NCBI RefSeq assembly: GCF_040938485.1
Contig: NW_027271831.1
Span: forward strand, 310,001 to 374,000
Source of the DNA: Diadema antillarum
Lineage: Eukaryota
Length of the DNA stretch: 64,000 nt
Direction: 5' to 3'
Shown: one piece after another, positions 12,701-25,844 of the stretch
Layout: each line of letters opens with the position of its first letter
Position numbering within the stretch: the first letter of the stretch is position 1
The notes under the pieces: model-generated
What the model was told of the DNA's origin: nothing
Databases searched by the model: none
Seen by the model: only the letters and a program-made list of their open reading frames with translations
Made by a program: the position numbers and the translations under genes

Positions 12701-15700
12701 GGGAAGAAGGATGACTACAGTCAGAATCAGCTGCTGAGAAAGAAATTTAGGGTGAGGAGAACTTTTGCAATGACTTTTCGACCTCGCATGAGTCGAATAA
12801 TCTCGAGTCGAAGGTGGAAGGTCTTTTCGAAGTCGAAGGTCTTTTCAAGTCCTCTTCTCTTTATATTCTATTGATTTTAATCCTTCATAAGTCAACTTTC
12901 CCCTAAGTCAAAGCTATTTCTTCAGTCCAAATAGATTTGACTTAGGCAAGGTTGACTGCACTTAATTACATTCTTAGGGTTTGCCGCAGATGTTAGCAAC
13001 AGTATGAACATACACTCTTCAATCCATGTTTGCGCTACCTGCCTAAAGTGACACTTTTGTCTGTTGTACGATGGAGATGTTTCTTATTATGGGCATTTTC
13101 CAGACACCTGACCAAATTGTACTTCTTTTTAGCTTCTGAGAGAAGACATATTGTCCATATGACAGCCCTTCAGCATGGCACACATACCCTTAATTTTAGA
13201 TTAGATTGCATCTACTGTGAAACATGCTGTCACCCAAGATGACGGAGAATTGTGCAAGCACATACAATCAGCTTAGTACAATCTAGAATCTAGTAAGAAA
13301 TTAAAAGCGAGAAATTAGGTAAGAGTCTAGAATGTCAGTGGTCTAGAAATGTCTAAAATGTATAGAATTTCATATGACATGCTGAAAAGTGGTTTCATGC
13401 ATACGTCATTTACGTCACATCAATATTCCTTGCAGTAACACAGATATTCAACCTCTTGACTGTTTCCCACCCCTTCCACTCTCATGATATTCCATATAAC
13501 TGTGTAATTTTTGCAATTTTCTATTTATATGCATTCGGTATTCCCCCTCCTAGGAAATAGAAACAAAATATATGCAGGGCCGCCTTCACCTTTTTATGAG
13601 AGCAGTGCTACTTATAATATTTGTTTGCCCTTGGCTGATTTGTGTATGTAGATATTACATCTTTATGACCATGGAAATAGATTTTGACTTGTAGTGTTTT
13701 CCCCATTTGTTTGCAGACTGAGAAGAAGCAGCTTCTGGCTGTTGAAGCCTCTGACAAAGCTCTCCTGGCCAAATCTTCGCTGGATATTGAACTTGTACCC
13801 GAGGCAGAGGAAGACAAGAAGCTTGCTTCTCTCCTGAAGTACTCTGCAACTGAATGTGAGTCATGTGATCATCTGAATTCTCTATTTCGTTATTATTGAT
13901 GTTGTTTTTGTTGTCATTGTCACGATCGTCATTGTTATTGTCCCCGCCGAACGAGTTCGAGCAGGGGACTATGAAACGGGCTCCGTACGTGTGTGTGTCT
14001 GTGCGTCCGTCCGTCCGTCCGTCCATGCGTCCGTCCGTGCGTCCGTCCGTGTGTGCGTCCGTGTGTGATCAAAATGTTCAATTTGCTACTTCTCTGTCAT
14101 TTATGCTATTCCTTTGCCATTTCTAACCCGATTTCGATTCCGTTTGCTTTATATGATGGCACTAGTTGAGGGCTTCAAAACTTCTACACAGAATTTTGAC
14201 CTTTGACTTCTTTGACCTTTGACCTTGATTTTTGACCTATATTGTGCATTTTGCTACAAAATGCTACTCCTTCGCCATTTCTAACCCGATTTCGATTCCG
14301 TTTGCTTTATGTGATGGCACTAGGTGAGGGCTTCAAAACATCTACACAGAATTTTGACCTTTGACTTCTTTGACCTTTGACCTTGATTTTTGACCTATAT
14401 TGTACATTTTGCTACAAAATGCTACTCCTTCGCCATTTCTAACCCGATTTCGATTCCGCTTGCTTTATATGATGGCACTAGGTGAGGGCTTCAAAACTTC
14501 TACACAGAATTTTGACCTTTGACTTCTTTGACCTTTGACCTTGATTTTTTACCTATATTGTGCATTTTGCTACAAAATGCTACTCCTTCGCCATTTCTCA
14601 CCCGATTTCGATTCCGTTTGCTTTATGTGATAGCACTAGGTGAGGGCTTCAAAACTTCCACACAGAATTTTGACCTTTGTCTTCTTTGACCTTTGACCTT
14701 GATTTTTGACCTATATTGTACATTGGCTACAAAATGCTACTCCTTCGCCATTTCTAACCCAATTTCGATTCCATTTGCTTTATGTGATGGCACTAGGTGA
14801 GGGCTTCAAAACTTCTACACAGAATTTTGACCTTTGACTTCTTTGACCTTTGACCTTGATTTTTCACCTATATTGCACATTTTGTTACAAAATGCTACTT
14901 CCGGCGGGGACATATATTACGCACCGCGTAATTTCTACTTTTCCTTGTTGTTGTTGGAGTGTATACGACTGTCAACAAAATGATGTGATTGTGATTTGCT
15001 TAATCATCTCATCACATGGTACAAGCTGGAATAAGTTGCAGTTTGATATGTGAAATGATCTGGGAATACTGACCGTCAGTAACATTTTTAATCCAGCATG
15101 TCACCTGTGATTGTGCTGAAAAATGTAAAATCTTTATTAGAATGAACGTGGTCAAGCCAGTTAGTTTGCTTTGACATGGAGTAGAATGCTGGATATATGA
15201 TCAAGTTTTGGTTATTTTGGCTAAAATGTTTTGCACTTTCATTGAAATATTTGTCTACTCACATTTTTTGCTAGCATATGAAGAGAAACGGCAACAAAAG
15301 CGAGAGGAAATCAGGGGTAGAGAACTCTTTGCCACGGCAACCATCTCCTCTCCGTCCAGCTCGGAGCCTTCCCTTCTCCCCTCGCCCAAGTCACAGACAA
15401 ACAAACACCAGGAGGCACAGAGAACGCTTATGAGCAAAGTTTTGAAGAGCAAGAGCACTGGGGTCTTTGGTGCCTTTGAAAGTCCGGGCAGTAGCAGAGG
15501 CAGCAGCAGCAGTGGTGGTTTGCTAGGAAAAAGGACACAGATGATAATAGGTGGGACTACAGGCATTGTTGTAAACAAGAAGAGGAAACGTGTGGATCAT
15601 TCACCCAAGGAGCAGAGTGACAGGGATAGAAAGAGGTCAAAGGTCATAGGTGGCATAGATGATCGTAGCAGAACTGAGCCTTGCAAAGAAGGCTTTGAAA

Positions 15701-16317
15701 AAGATTGCAGCCATTTGCCAACAAATCCTGACAATGGGATGTGTATGGAGCCAACTGGAGGAACGGTGGCTGAATTCAAGTCTCAAAGTAGTAGCAGTGT
15801 GATTGACTTGGCTAATGGGAGGAGTACAGCTGATGCTCATCGGTTAGAATCTGGAAGCAGTGCTGCCTCGGTTGACTCTTTGAGGAATAAATCAGATGAA
15901 AGTGTAATGGACTCACAGAGAACAGAAAATGCATGTATGCCAGATACCAGCACAAGTGAAAAGAGCACTATTGATACAAGAGAACAGCCTGAACAGGTGT
16001 CATGTGCTGATATGAAAGTAAATGAGAATACAAGGCATTCAGATATGGGTGTGAACACAACCAATGATGAGCAGAATGTTGATGCACTGGCATGCCATTC
16101 TGAAACTAATATGTGTTCAGACAGTCAAGACAACAAGGACATGACAAGTGATTCAGGGGTTAGTAACCATAAAGCTGTGTGCAAGACTCTTGAAACCACC
16201 CCCAGTGGGAACAGGAGTGAGGCAGAGGATTCAGATGTGTCCAAACTTGGGCAGAGTTCGCTGTCTCTAGTTTCATGCTATTCATCCAGTAGTGAGAGTG
16301 ACTCAGATGAAACATGA
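9788..16317 (+). CDS. YJU2B: CCDC130/YJU2B splicing-factor homolog (CWC16/Yju2 family), 584 aa; coding exons 9788-9790 (ATG only), 11147-11339, 11827-12030, 12579-12751, 13717-13855, 15275-16317
   Basis: M|AERKQVNRYYPPDFDPAKH...LRERAKKLSQGILVIRFEMPYNIWCDGCGNHIGMG|VRYNAEKKKVGKYYTTPIYRFRMKCHLCDNYIEMETDPQNFDY matches CCDC130 as recalled, including CxxC/CxxC zinc ligands. Canonical splice sites; exon lengths sum to 1755 nt (in frame). Confidence 0.96.
13935..14942 (+). mobile_element. HINE-type (Helentron-associated, DINE-1/Pearl/Tsp-like) non-autonomous element in YJU2B intron 5
   Basis: 5' subterminal IR TGTCCCCGCCG (13939-13949), (GTCC/GTGT)n microsatellite (about 13989-14066), central 158-bp tandem array, 3' IR CGGCGGGGACA (14902-14912), short hairpin ATTACGC-ACC-GCGTAAT (14916-14932), T-rich end. 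Confidence 0.85.
14085..14900. repeat. Tandem array of about five 158-bp units inside the HINE
   Basis: The anchor CTAACCC recurs at 14123, 14281, 14439, 14597 (variant) and 14754; each unit contains TTTGACC sub-repeats. Confidence 0.95.
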
Positions 16318-18533
16318 AAACAGCCGTCATTCACAGGTTTTTGTCAGATTTATAATTTTCTAGAAAAGCAGTTAAAATAGAGATGCAGGTCATTCAATTG
16401 CTGCATCTCGAGCAAAGAGTTACAACAACAAAAAACGACAACTAAGTCTGTTTCTTGGATGTTTCACGTCATCCAAAACTCTGTCAAACATTTGCAGTGC
16501 TCCACTCTGTTATGTTTTTATTAAATGATGAACACAAGGGAAATGTATCATAAAAGTGAACATTTTTGTGGTGTGGAAATTTTCATGCATTTCGCTTGAC
16601 CAGAAACTGGACAAAAATAAAAACTTTTGAATACGTGTGCTTATATGAAACACTATTTCATGTTTAAATTCCACAAAATTAAAAAGAATACAAAATTCAT
16701 TTTACCCAACTTAGTGCGAAAAATTATGCGCAAGAAAATTTCCACTTTTACAGTACTCCAGTTCATAAAAGCTCTTTTAAGGTTTGCTTGAAGCATGTGC
16801 TTATCTGTGGTTTTAATCCCATTGAAGTGAAATGAAGCTGTTCTATTCTCAGAATATATTCCCAGTTGACTTAAAACTTGTCCAGGTGACATTTAAATGT
16901 GCAATATATATGTAGGAGGAAGATATGGTTTAACTTGTTGAGGGCGAGCTGATTTTACTGTAACACGCATTTCCCATAGACACCTGCCCGAGTATACTTG
17001 GGACTAGTCTTCAACAGGTCAAAGTGCCGATTCAATTCTGAACACTGATGACTGGTGTGAAGTTGCAAGGAGTACCTACTGCAGCTGTGGTTACGATATA
17101 AAACAAAGTGGAAGACACAGCTGTACAGAAATTTCAATGTGATAGATTTCAACTTTGCTTTTCTCAATAAAGTGCAGCACAGTGTGATTTGCTATCAGGC
17201 AATTTTGATATGATGCCTAGTGCAGACTCCACATACTCATGACTGTGAAGTGGGTACTCTTGACATACCACATGTCACTACAAATTTGTCATGATGTCAC
17301 GAAATCTGGAGATATGTCGTAATTCATCGGGGCAGAGCGATCTGCAGCGAACATTTTAGAGACTTAGAAAAAGTGTTTACTTATCTAAATGAATGCCGGA
17401 ACGAAACAATGTGCTTTCTGGTATACTACTTAATGATTTTATACAGGCTTTCATACTGCATGTACTATGTACATTGTCTGCATATCAGAACTGCATATAT
17501 TAAAAATCCATCAGTCATTAGGAGCTGGTAATGGCTGTTTTTGAATGGCATTTGTGGTAGATTGTTTGTTTTTGTCTGTTTGTTTTGTTTGTTTGTTTGT
17601 GTGAGTGTGTGAGGGGGTGTTATGGGGATGGATTGATTGATATAATTATGAGTGTTTGCAGGTCGATGTGTGTGTGTTTGCATCTAGTGTATACGCCGAA
17701 TATTTCACAAGGTTTTTATTTTCGCAAAATCGGGTGCTATTCGTGAAATTAAAGACACACGAAAATAATGACTCTGATCCCAATATGAACTTATACTCCA
17801 CGATTGCGAATTTAACCACTCGCGAAATTGTTGGGAAGTCCCGATTCGCAAAAATTTAGACTTGCTAAATATATTGCATATACAGTATATTACCTGTCCC
17901 TTTCTCTCATTGTGTCACACTTCACGAGTGCCTGTTCTTCTTCTTTTTTATCGATTGGTTTCAACTAATATATATTTCATGTGCCTGACAATCATGGGAC
18001 TGACAGCTTGCAGTGTCCTCCAAGGACAAGGCAGCGAAGTTTGTGCCTTGCATGGGAACTTGCACCATGGACCTTGTGATACTGTAAAAGTGGAAATTTT
18101 CGTAGTGTTGAAATTTTCATATAACCAGAAACTAGCGCGAAAACAAAAGCATGCGAATACTTTTGCTAGCCATATGTTCCAGAAGTTGATGTCTTGATTC
18201 CACGGAATTAAAAACACGCAAAACTCTTCTTAGCCTGCCGAGCATGAAAAATCAGTTGCACGAAAATATCCACTTTTGCAGTAGATGGTACTACATCTTT
18301 TCGTGCAAATCAAAGCTTATCACAATGACATTGAAGAGAGATCAAACACACTCAAATACAGCAAGCAGTATTCTCCAGTTTCCAGCCATATTCTGCATGT
18401 GCAAATTTGCAGTAGACAAGTGTGTCAAATGTTCTCGTACGATATCGATACATGTACACACACACACACACACGCACGCACACACACATATATATACAGA
18501 GAGAGAGGGAGAGAGATTATAGATATAAAGATA

Positions 18534-19298
18534 TACAGTGCATCCCAGAAAAAACGAAACCAAGTTACATTGCAACGTTTTGCTGTCATAATCATTAATT
18601 TGCTTTATAAGATCTACGTGATTGGAAAGATACGCTTCGCGATGCCTTCCATTTGATGCACAACTCGATGTTCATATTTCATGCCTGACTGAGAATGGAC
18701 AGTGGTGCTACCAAATTTTCATTTGCATGTGCAAATTGTGACTTAGTTTTTCAGACTTTTACCATTATCTTTTTGAAAAACAAACTTCATAACCAAAATA
18801 TCCATTCTTTCTCCTTTCGTACGAGACATTATGCGTAAAATATGAAAGATGCTTGCTCAAAAAAAAGTTGCATGAAAGCATGCTTCATTTCTACCTATTG
18901 TTTGTTAACTATCCTATTTGGGTAAAAGTGAAGCATATATTCAAATCAAGTTTTCTCCAGCAGGTTTTAATCATTTTTATGCATAAAGCGTAAGCTGTCA
19001 TATGAAAGGAAAAATATGGACATTACGGCGATTATTTTCTTTTCTGCAAAAGATTACCGAAAAAGCGTGAAAACAGACTCAAAGTCGCAGTTAGTTTTTG
19101 CAAACGAAAGTTTAGTAGCACCATTGCTCATTTTTCTAACTCGGTCATACATGAATTTTGAACAGCGAGTTGTGCATCAAATGAAAAGAGAGAAGCGTAT
19201 CTTTCCATACTTGTACATCTCATAAAACCAATTTACCATTATGACAGAAAAAAAAATTGACATGGAGCTTGATCTTGTTTTTCATGGGACACACTGTA
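18534..19298. mobile_element. Complete Tc1/mariner-type MITE
   Basis: TA|CAGTGCATCCCAGAAAAAAC ... GTTTTTCATGGGACACACTG|TA: TIRs with TA target duplication; no coding capacity. Confidence 0.85.
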
Positions 19299-22200
19299 TA
19301 CTTCGTCCTATCTGATTGGTTTCAACTGATATATAAATAGATTAGATATACAATTTGTATAAATACATGTATGTTTGATATGATCATCAATTCATAGCAC
19401 ATTGACATTGAGGAATTCAGGAAGCACATAGTTTTCCTTCTCATTTTCCTTTAAAAAAAAAAAATCTCATTTTCATGACAAAGTATTTTAAAGAGCTATC
19501 AGAGTAATGTGATCCTATGTGGTCATGGCATGTGTTGTCTGAATTGATTGGTATTCAGTGTTTGAGTTTCTCTCTCTCTCTCCCTCTCTCTCTCCTGCAT
19601 TGATACTTGATGGCAACAGGTCACATGTCTTGTCAATATATGACACAAAAAAACAAAACAAATCAGAAGAGTACAGAATAAACACATTTGTTGCATCAAT
19701 GTGAACCTTCAGTTTATCAAACACTTACATTATGTACATGTTCATAGTACACAATTGTGAATTGCTATACTGTTCGATTCCAGTCTTGTTTCAATCAAAC
19801 AATTTATAATTTTCATTAAATTATATACATGTGAGTACAACGTGTCACTGAATGTATATAAATAAAATTCTCCTGACAGTTTCTTAAGAAGAGTAGAATA
19901 TTTTTTACATGAATGCAAAGTGGACAGACAGAAGTCATGACTGCTGCAGTTATTTTGTCAACTATCAAAGTTAAAACTCCTCAACAATCTTTTCACTTCT
20001 TTTTTCTTCAGTTTGTGCAGCCAGGAAAAAATTGGCTCATGCAGGAATATCCATGTTAAGTAAACATCACAAATAGTTGAGTGCAGTGCCATACATAGAG
20101 AGAGTCTGGCCAACTGCTGACAATGCCGTTACCCAGCGCAGAGTGCAATAGAAGATTAGTGTATATAGGCAGACATCCAAATTGAAAGCAAACAAAGTAG
20201 GGAGCAGTGCTGCACTGCGATGTGTTGGTTGACTTTGTACTGTACCAGGGCTTTGTACTTTTCTTTGATTTTTGTCACTGAACCATCTGAATGTAAACAG
20301 TAGTCACAAAATTACATACCCTCAAATATATCGGTGGATACTATAGGTTTTGGATAGAGAATACAGTATATTATAATTCTCACATCACCGTATCTGGTAC
20401 TAGGGATGTCCCAAAAGGCAAGCAAAGTAGCATGTAGTTAACAATAGGGACTGCACGCGAACTCTGGTCCCAAGCGAGAGGTTGCACTGGGTAACAATAT
20501 GGCGCCAGATGATCACAGGACCAGTTTTTAACCAATCACAGGCTTCAAAGTTCTTTAGCTGAAAACAGAGTTGGACGGACTCTATCAATATACAGCACTG
20601 GTTGAATGTAGTTCAACTATTTCCTTTCTCTGTTTACAACTTATGAAGTGACATCTCAGTTTTATACTCCAAAGTTTGTCTCCCTCTCGACATTGCAGTA
20701 GAAGTAACACCAATTCAAACTACCCAGTATTCCAGCTGTTCATATATCTCTTTGGTGGAGAGATTTCAATTTCAGTAGAGGTGTTGTGGTAGCTGCAGCA
20801 CTGACCTACTCAAAATCTTATCTTTTACCACCAACATTGGTACACAGTCTATGGAACAGTAAGAGTAACCATATAATACGAAATTTGCAGAATTGCACTT
20901 ATTCATTAAAACCTTCATTCAATTAAGTACACTATACATCAAACTTTGTTCTTTGTCTGCAGTTTTAATACCACTTTTTCTCCCCACAAGTTATTGTACA
21001 ATGCCCTTGTAGACATTTTACTGTAAAATCAGAAACTTAAATGTGCATGAAATTTTAAAGAAATTTACGAGGAGCCAAGATTTGTGAAATTAAAATGCAA
21101 TGCGAAAATTTTTGGAAGGAACCACTAGCTGTCACAGGTAGTGGGAGTTCCTTATTACAGGAAGCTCCAATACCGCATAGCAGTTTACGCATGAGATGGA
21201 AGATTTCTGGATGTGAAAATTTCTGACATTTTCTCCCAGTCCTGGTGGACCTTGTGCGATCTGCTACACACTAGCATTAGAGATAGAGTTACAACGTTGA
21301 TCATATAAATATACCATACAGACATAAACAAAGCACATGTCCCTGTGGATTGGATTTTTCTGACCCTCTTCAACATATTTGAAGAGAAATGTACATTGTA
21401 TCAAGGGCAATCGACTGGCAGCACACATAATACTGACATCAATTCTGTGATGTCTGCAAACTTGCAGAAAGTGAATACTACTATATACCTATAAGGTGAT
21501 TGCTGCATTGCATATATAATTTGCACAGAACACGAAATCCTTCTTTTGAACCACAGCATGTTTGTGATGTAAAGCGTACAATTGATCAGTTTGTTGTTAC
21601 AGGCTTTTGAAAATGTGGAAAAGCTTGGTTATACATAAAGTGTGACGTTACATCAATGACTACCAGTATTTTAAAGCAATTTTTTAAAAACCCTTGGCAA
21701 TAGCATTCACCATATCGTGCAAATGAAATTACCATCTTTAGAGGTAGACAAAAAAAGCCAGCAATGTTGCCAGTTTGAACACTGTATATGCCATATATTT
21801 TTTGGTGTGAAACTTTCACGAACATTTTGAGTTGATTGCTACAACCTTGTATATTTTGCAAAATTAATTTCTTCTTTTTTCAAGCCACAAAAATATTGCC
21901 TTCAATAGAGACCAGCCAAATACAACTGTAATGGAAAAGTGGGACCACCAAAATCACCTTGATAAAGGCAGTACCTCATACAGCGAGCTTGAAAATGAAA
22001 ATTGACTTGATTTAAAAATGACTTATATCTTAACCATAGAGACTTTGGAAGGGCATTGTTTTGTGCACATCTACATCTATGAGCAGTGTTGTTTACCTTG
22101 CAAAACACAACATGAACATGAATTGTGAAGACACCCAGCATCCTACTCATCTTTACGTACCTGAAAACATGTCAAAATGGAAAACTGTTTCTTTGTGGCA

Positions 22201-22518
22201 AGAGATTTTCTTTCTTCAGCAGCAAATCTATGAAGGTATGCTGACACCGACATCAGATAAATCTCTGCAGAAGTACTTGTCAAACATGTCAAGGAGCTTT
22301 GCACACAAATTTGTTCACAAACTGGCTCAACCCAGCGCATCCCAGTGTGTCGACTACCCTCAGCCGAAACTCATTGCACAACACAGACACGGGCCGGTCA
22401 GCACTGGGTCAGAATTTGTAATAGAGTTTCACGTTCAGGCCTTGCTGTCCAACACTGCAGGTCTGGCTTTTGGCCCAAAATAGTCCGGCGGGAGATACCA
22501 AGGAGGCACCGGTGGGGG

Positions 22519-25500
22519 TCAGTCTAGACCCCATGCCAGCCCAGTGTCGTCTTCCAGCCCAGACTCCAGGAGGAACTGCTCATAGGCAGCAGCCTCCTCA
22601 AGATTCAGATCTGTCTCATCGCTGGAGTATAGAAGGAGGAGGAGGAGGAGGAGGAGGGTTAGGAGGGGGTGGGAAACAGGAGCAGGAGCAGGGGTGAGGA
22701 GGAGGAGAAGGATGAGGAGGGGGAGANNNNNNNNNNNNNNNNNNNNNNNNNNNNNNNNNNNNNNNNNNNNNNNNNNNNNNNNNNNNNNNNNNNNNNNNNN
22801 NNNNNNNNNNNNNNNNNNNNNNNNNNNNNNNNNNNNNNNNNNNNNNNNNNNNNNNNNNNNNNNNNNNNNNNNNNNNAGAGGAGGGGAGGGGGAGGAGGAG
22901 AAGGAGGAGGAGGAGGAGGAGGAGGAGGAGGAGGGGGAGGGGTAGGAAGAGGAGAAGAGAGATGAGGAGGATGAGGAAGGGGTGGGCATAAACTTTGATT
23001 ACAAGACTCGTGACTGAGGGCACAAGAAACTGTTTGACCAATAAAATGTCCTGAAACATTAAATTTGTCAAACATCTCATTATGAATTTAACTCAAATCT
23101 AATTATTTAATAAAATTTCATCAGGTAATTCAAGCAATCAATCAGTCTGCGACATAGTTATAAAGTCAAACGCCGGTCACTTAGCACACAAAGCACATGA
23201 GTTAGACCATGTATGTGCAGGCTATAGCATCATGATTTGCAACTTTATAATGTATCAACTATTTTTACCTTTGTATGTTATTCATAATTTTGTTTGCACT
23301 TCCATTTTCTCCATTCATGTTTCACTGCATACATACCTCATACATATTATTGTTTGGGGAATCAAACTCAGCATGTCATAACACTTCATATGAATCCTGA
23401 CTAGTTTCTTTGATAACAACTACTAAGCATGCAGCAATTAGAGTCTTTCTTACTTATGCTGCGTCTTTGGGGGGGGGGGGGGGGGGGGGGACAATTGTAA
23501 ACCTCACAAAGATTTTAGAGAGCGAGTAACACATTATATTCGTCAAAATCACAGAAGATTATATTGAAGACAGTGTAAGCATGAACCTTACCCGAAATCT
23601 GGCTGCCAACCTTGTGTTTCATATGCCGGGTCAAAGGTAGGATTTAAAGGCGCATCAAAGTTCGGATCATGTAGGTCGTAATCATCCCTACCATGGTAGT
23701 CTTCAGCAGGGTAAAGGTCAACGCTGTAGCCTGTGACACATACAGGGTGGAAAAAAAAAAGTTCCAACAAATCACACTCTCTAAGCAATTCTGAAAAAGG
23801 AGCTCATAGCCCTATAAAGGTTTCAATAACCCTATGGTTTCGGATGCCATGATGCATATTCATTGCCACTAAAAGCATTTGACCATGTGAGTATAAGCGT
23901 AAGCAACAGCAAATACAAAGCCATCTCCCCTAATAGGCAACTGAATCCACAAGATTTGATTTTCAATTCATTGTAAATATCACAAAAAACAACTGCCACA
24001 GCTGATGTTTTGTGTCTACATCGAGATGACTTAGTAGAAGGCACATGAGAGGCATTTGCATGAGACTGTACACTAGGGCATCTGCAATTCAATTAAATAT
24101 AATATACCTGGTAGTCAATGTCTGTGATACCTTATGGTACTAACATACAGAAAGGCACTGCTCTATCTGTCTCTTGCCTGTATCTCTTTGATATTTTATT
24201 ACTTTATCACTTTGATAATAATTATGTTGCACCAGTCTGATTAATAAATACAAAGTGGTTTGCTTTTTTTTTTCTTTTCTCAAGTATAGAGACAGGGACA
24301 GAGCTAGCTTTTTGCTAAGGGGTGGGGGGGGGAGGGTAAACCCCTGACAAAAACTAAAACAAAAAGCAAAAAAAAAAAAAAAAAAAAAGGCCTGGGAGGG
24401 GGTTAAACCCCCTAACCCACCCCCCCCCCCAAATCCACCATTGAGAGATGTGCATGATGTGTGTTAGTCTAGTGATTAAGCTGCAGCTACCCTGTTTTCC
24501 CAAGTCTGTTATGTGTAGAGTGTAAAGTGTAAGACAAGACTGTAAGAAAAGAATGTTACATTTCATTTCAGGTTACTAGTATATCGGTCTACAATGATGC
24601 AGAGGAAATTACCTGCTTCTTTCGCCGTTATTATTGTACCATCTGGACCATAGAAGACTGGAATACTCTATTGGAGAAAGAAACACAATGAAACACAGAG
24701 CATACACACATTATGAAGTCTCACCCTAAACAAACAAAACTAATGTGATGGCAATTCACATTGGTAAGCGACAGCCCAAAATACCACTGCTTCCATCAGA
24801 ATATGACACCAAATGAACATTAGCAATCAACAAGAGAAATAAACTAATGTAAGCCAAAAAAGTTCCAGACAGTTATTTGTAAGATAATGCAGTTTGCCAA
24901 GGATTTGATAACGGGTACATGTTCATCTGTTTCTACACAAAATTTCATTTCTGTCTACAAAGCACAAACATTTCAGTCATGTGTGCTCACTGTTTCTTTA
25001 AGAAAACAAAAAGCATTAAAAATATTAGGGGAAAACAGTGTCCATACACAGTAAACACTATCTGAAAGCCACGAGAAGCATGTCACTTGGTTTTCTACTA
25101 TTTTCGTATGTGTTTATACCAGTTTCTAATACATCAAAGATTTCTCTGAACTTCGTAGCTAAGTGAAATAAAAAAGAAGACTTTGCACAGATTTTACATC
25201 CTTAAGGTTCTCCTCTGAAAGAGAAATATCTATGCAGAAAAAGAAAAGAAAAAAAAATGCAATATTCAGGTGAGTTGACATTGATAGCCACACTCCCAAA
25301 CCTGGGGAAGAAATAGAATCTGACCTCAAAAGCATCTCCTGATGCTCCGTTCCTGGCCATGGCTCCATCAGCTCCAGAAATGTCATCTGACCGTTGACCT
25401 TTCCTACATGTCCTTCCCCAGTCTGATGCCCTGAACTCGATGAGCTGCAGCCATTGTTCTCTGACTGACCTATGAATCAGGGCCAAAGTAATGGTCGTGT

Positions 25501-25783
25501 AGAAGATGTGCACCTCAGAACAGGTCACCAGGTCGATGATGTGTTACAAATAATGCATCTATTACCACCATAATTATCATCACGGTTTTCTGAACTCTGT
25601 GCTTGGCAGATTTCGGCATAGGATTGACTGACAATTCTCCTTCTTATATCAACAGATGAATACTAAGCCCAGCAGCCCATTAACAATCAACTCTTCCTTC
25701 AATAGCATGTGGGCAGCCTACCCTGTCATACAATGTATGTGTAATTATGGTCACTAATGATGATACAGTATGTATTAAAACAA

Positions 25784-25844
<61 letters not shown>

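Noticed and set aside
14085-14900. Regular repeats superficially like a CRISPR array
   Set aside because: Contiguous 158-bp tandem units without unique spacers, in a eukaryotic intron, with no cas genes.
15255-16064. Minus-strand ORFs overlapping the last YJU2B exon
   Set aside because: Antisense shadows of a real coding exon; no motifs.
22519-23080. Long Pro/Leu/Gly/Ser-rich ORFs in the track
   Set aside because: Artefacts of the (GGA)n tract and N gap; only 22621-22519 is a real exon.
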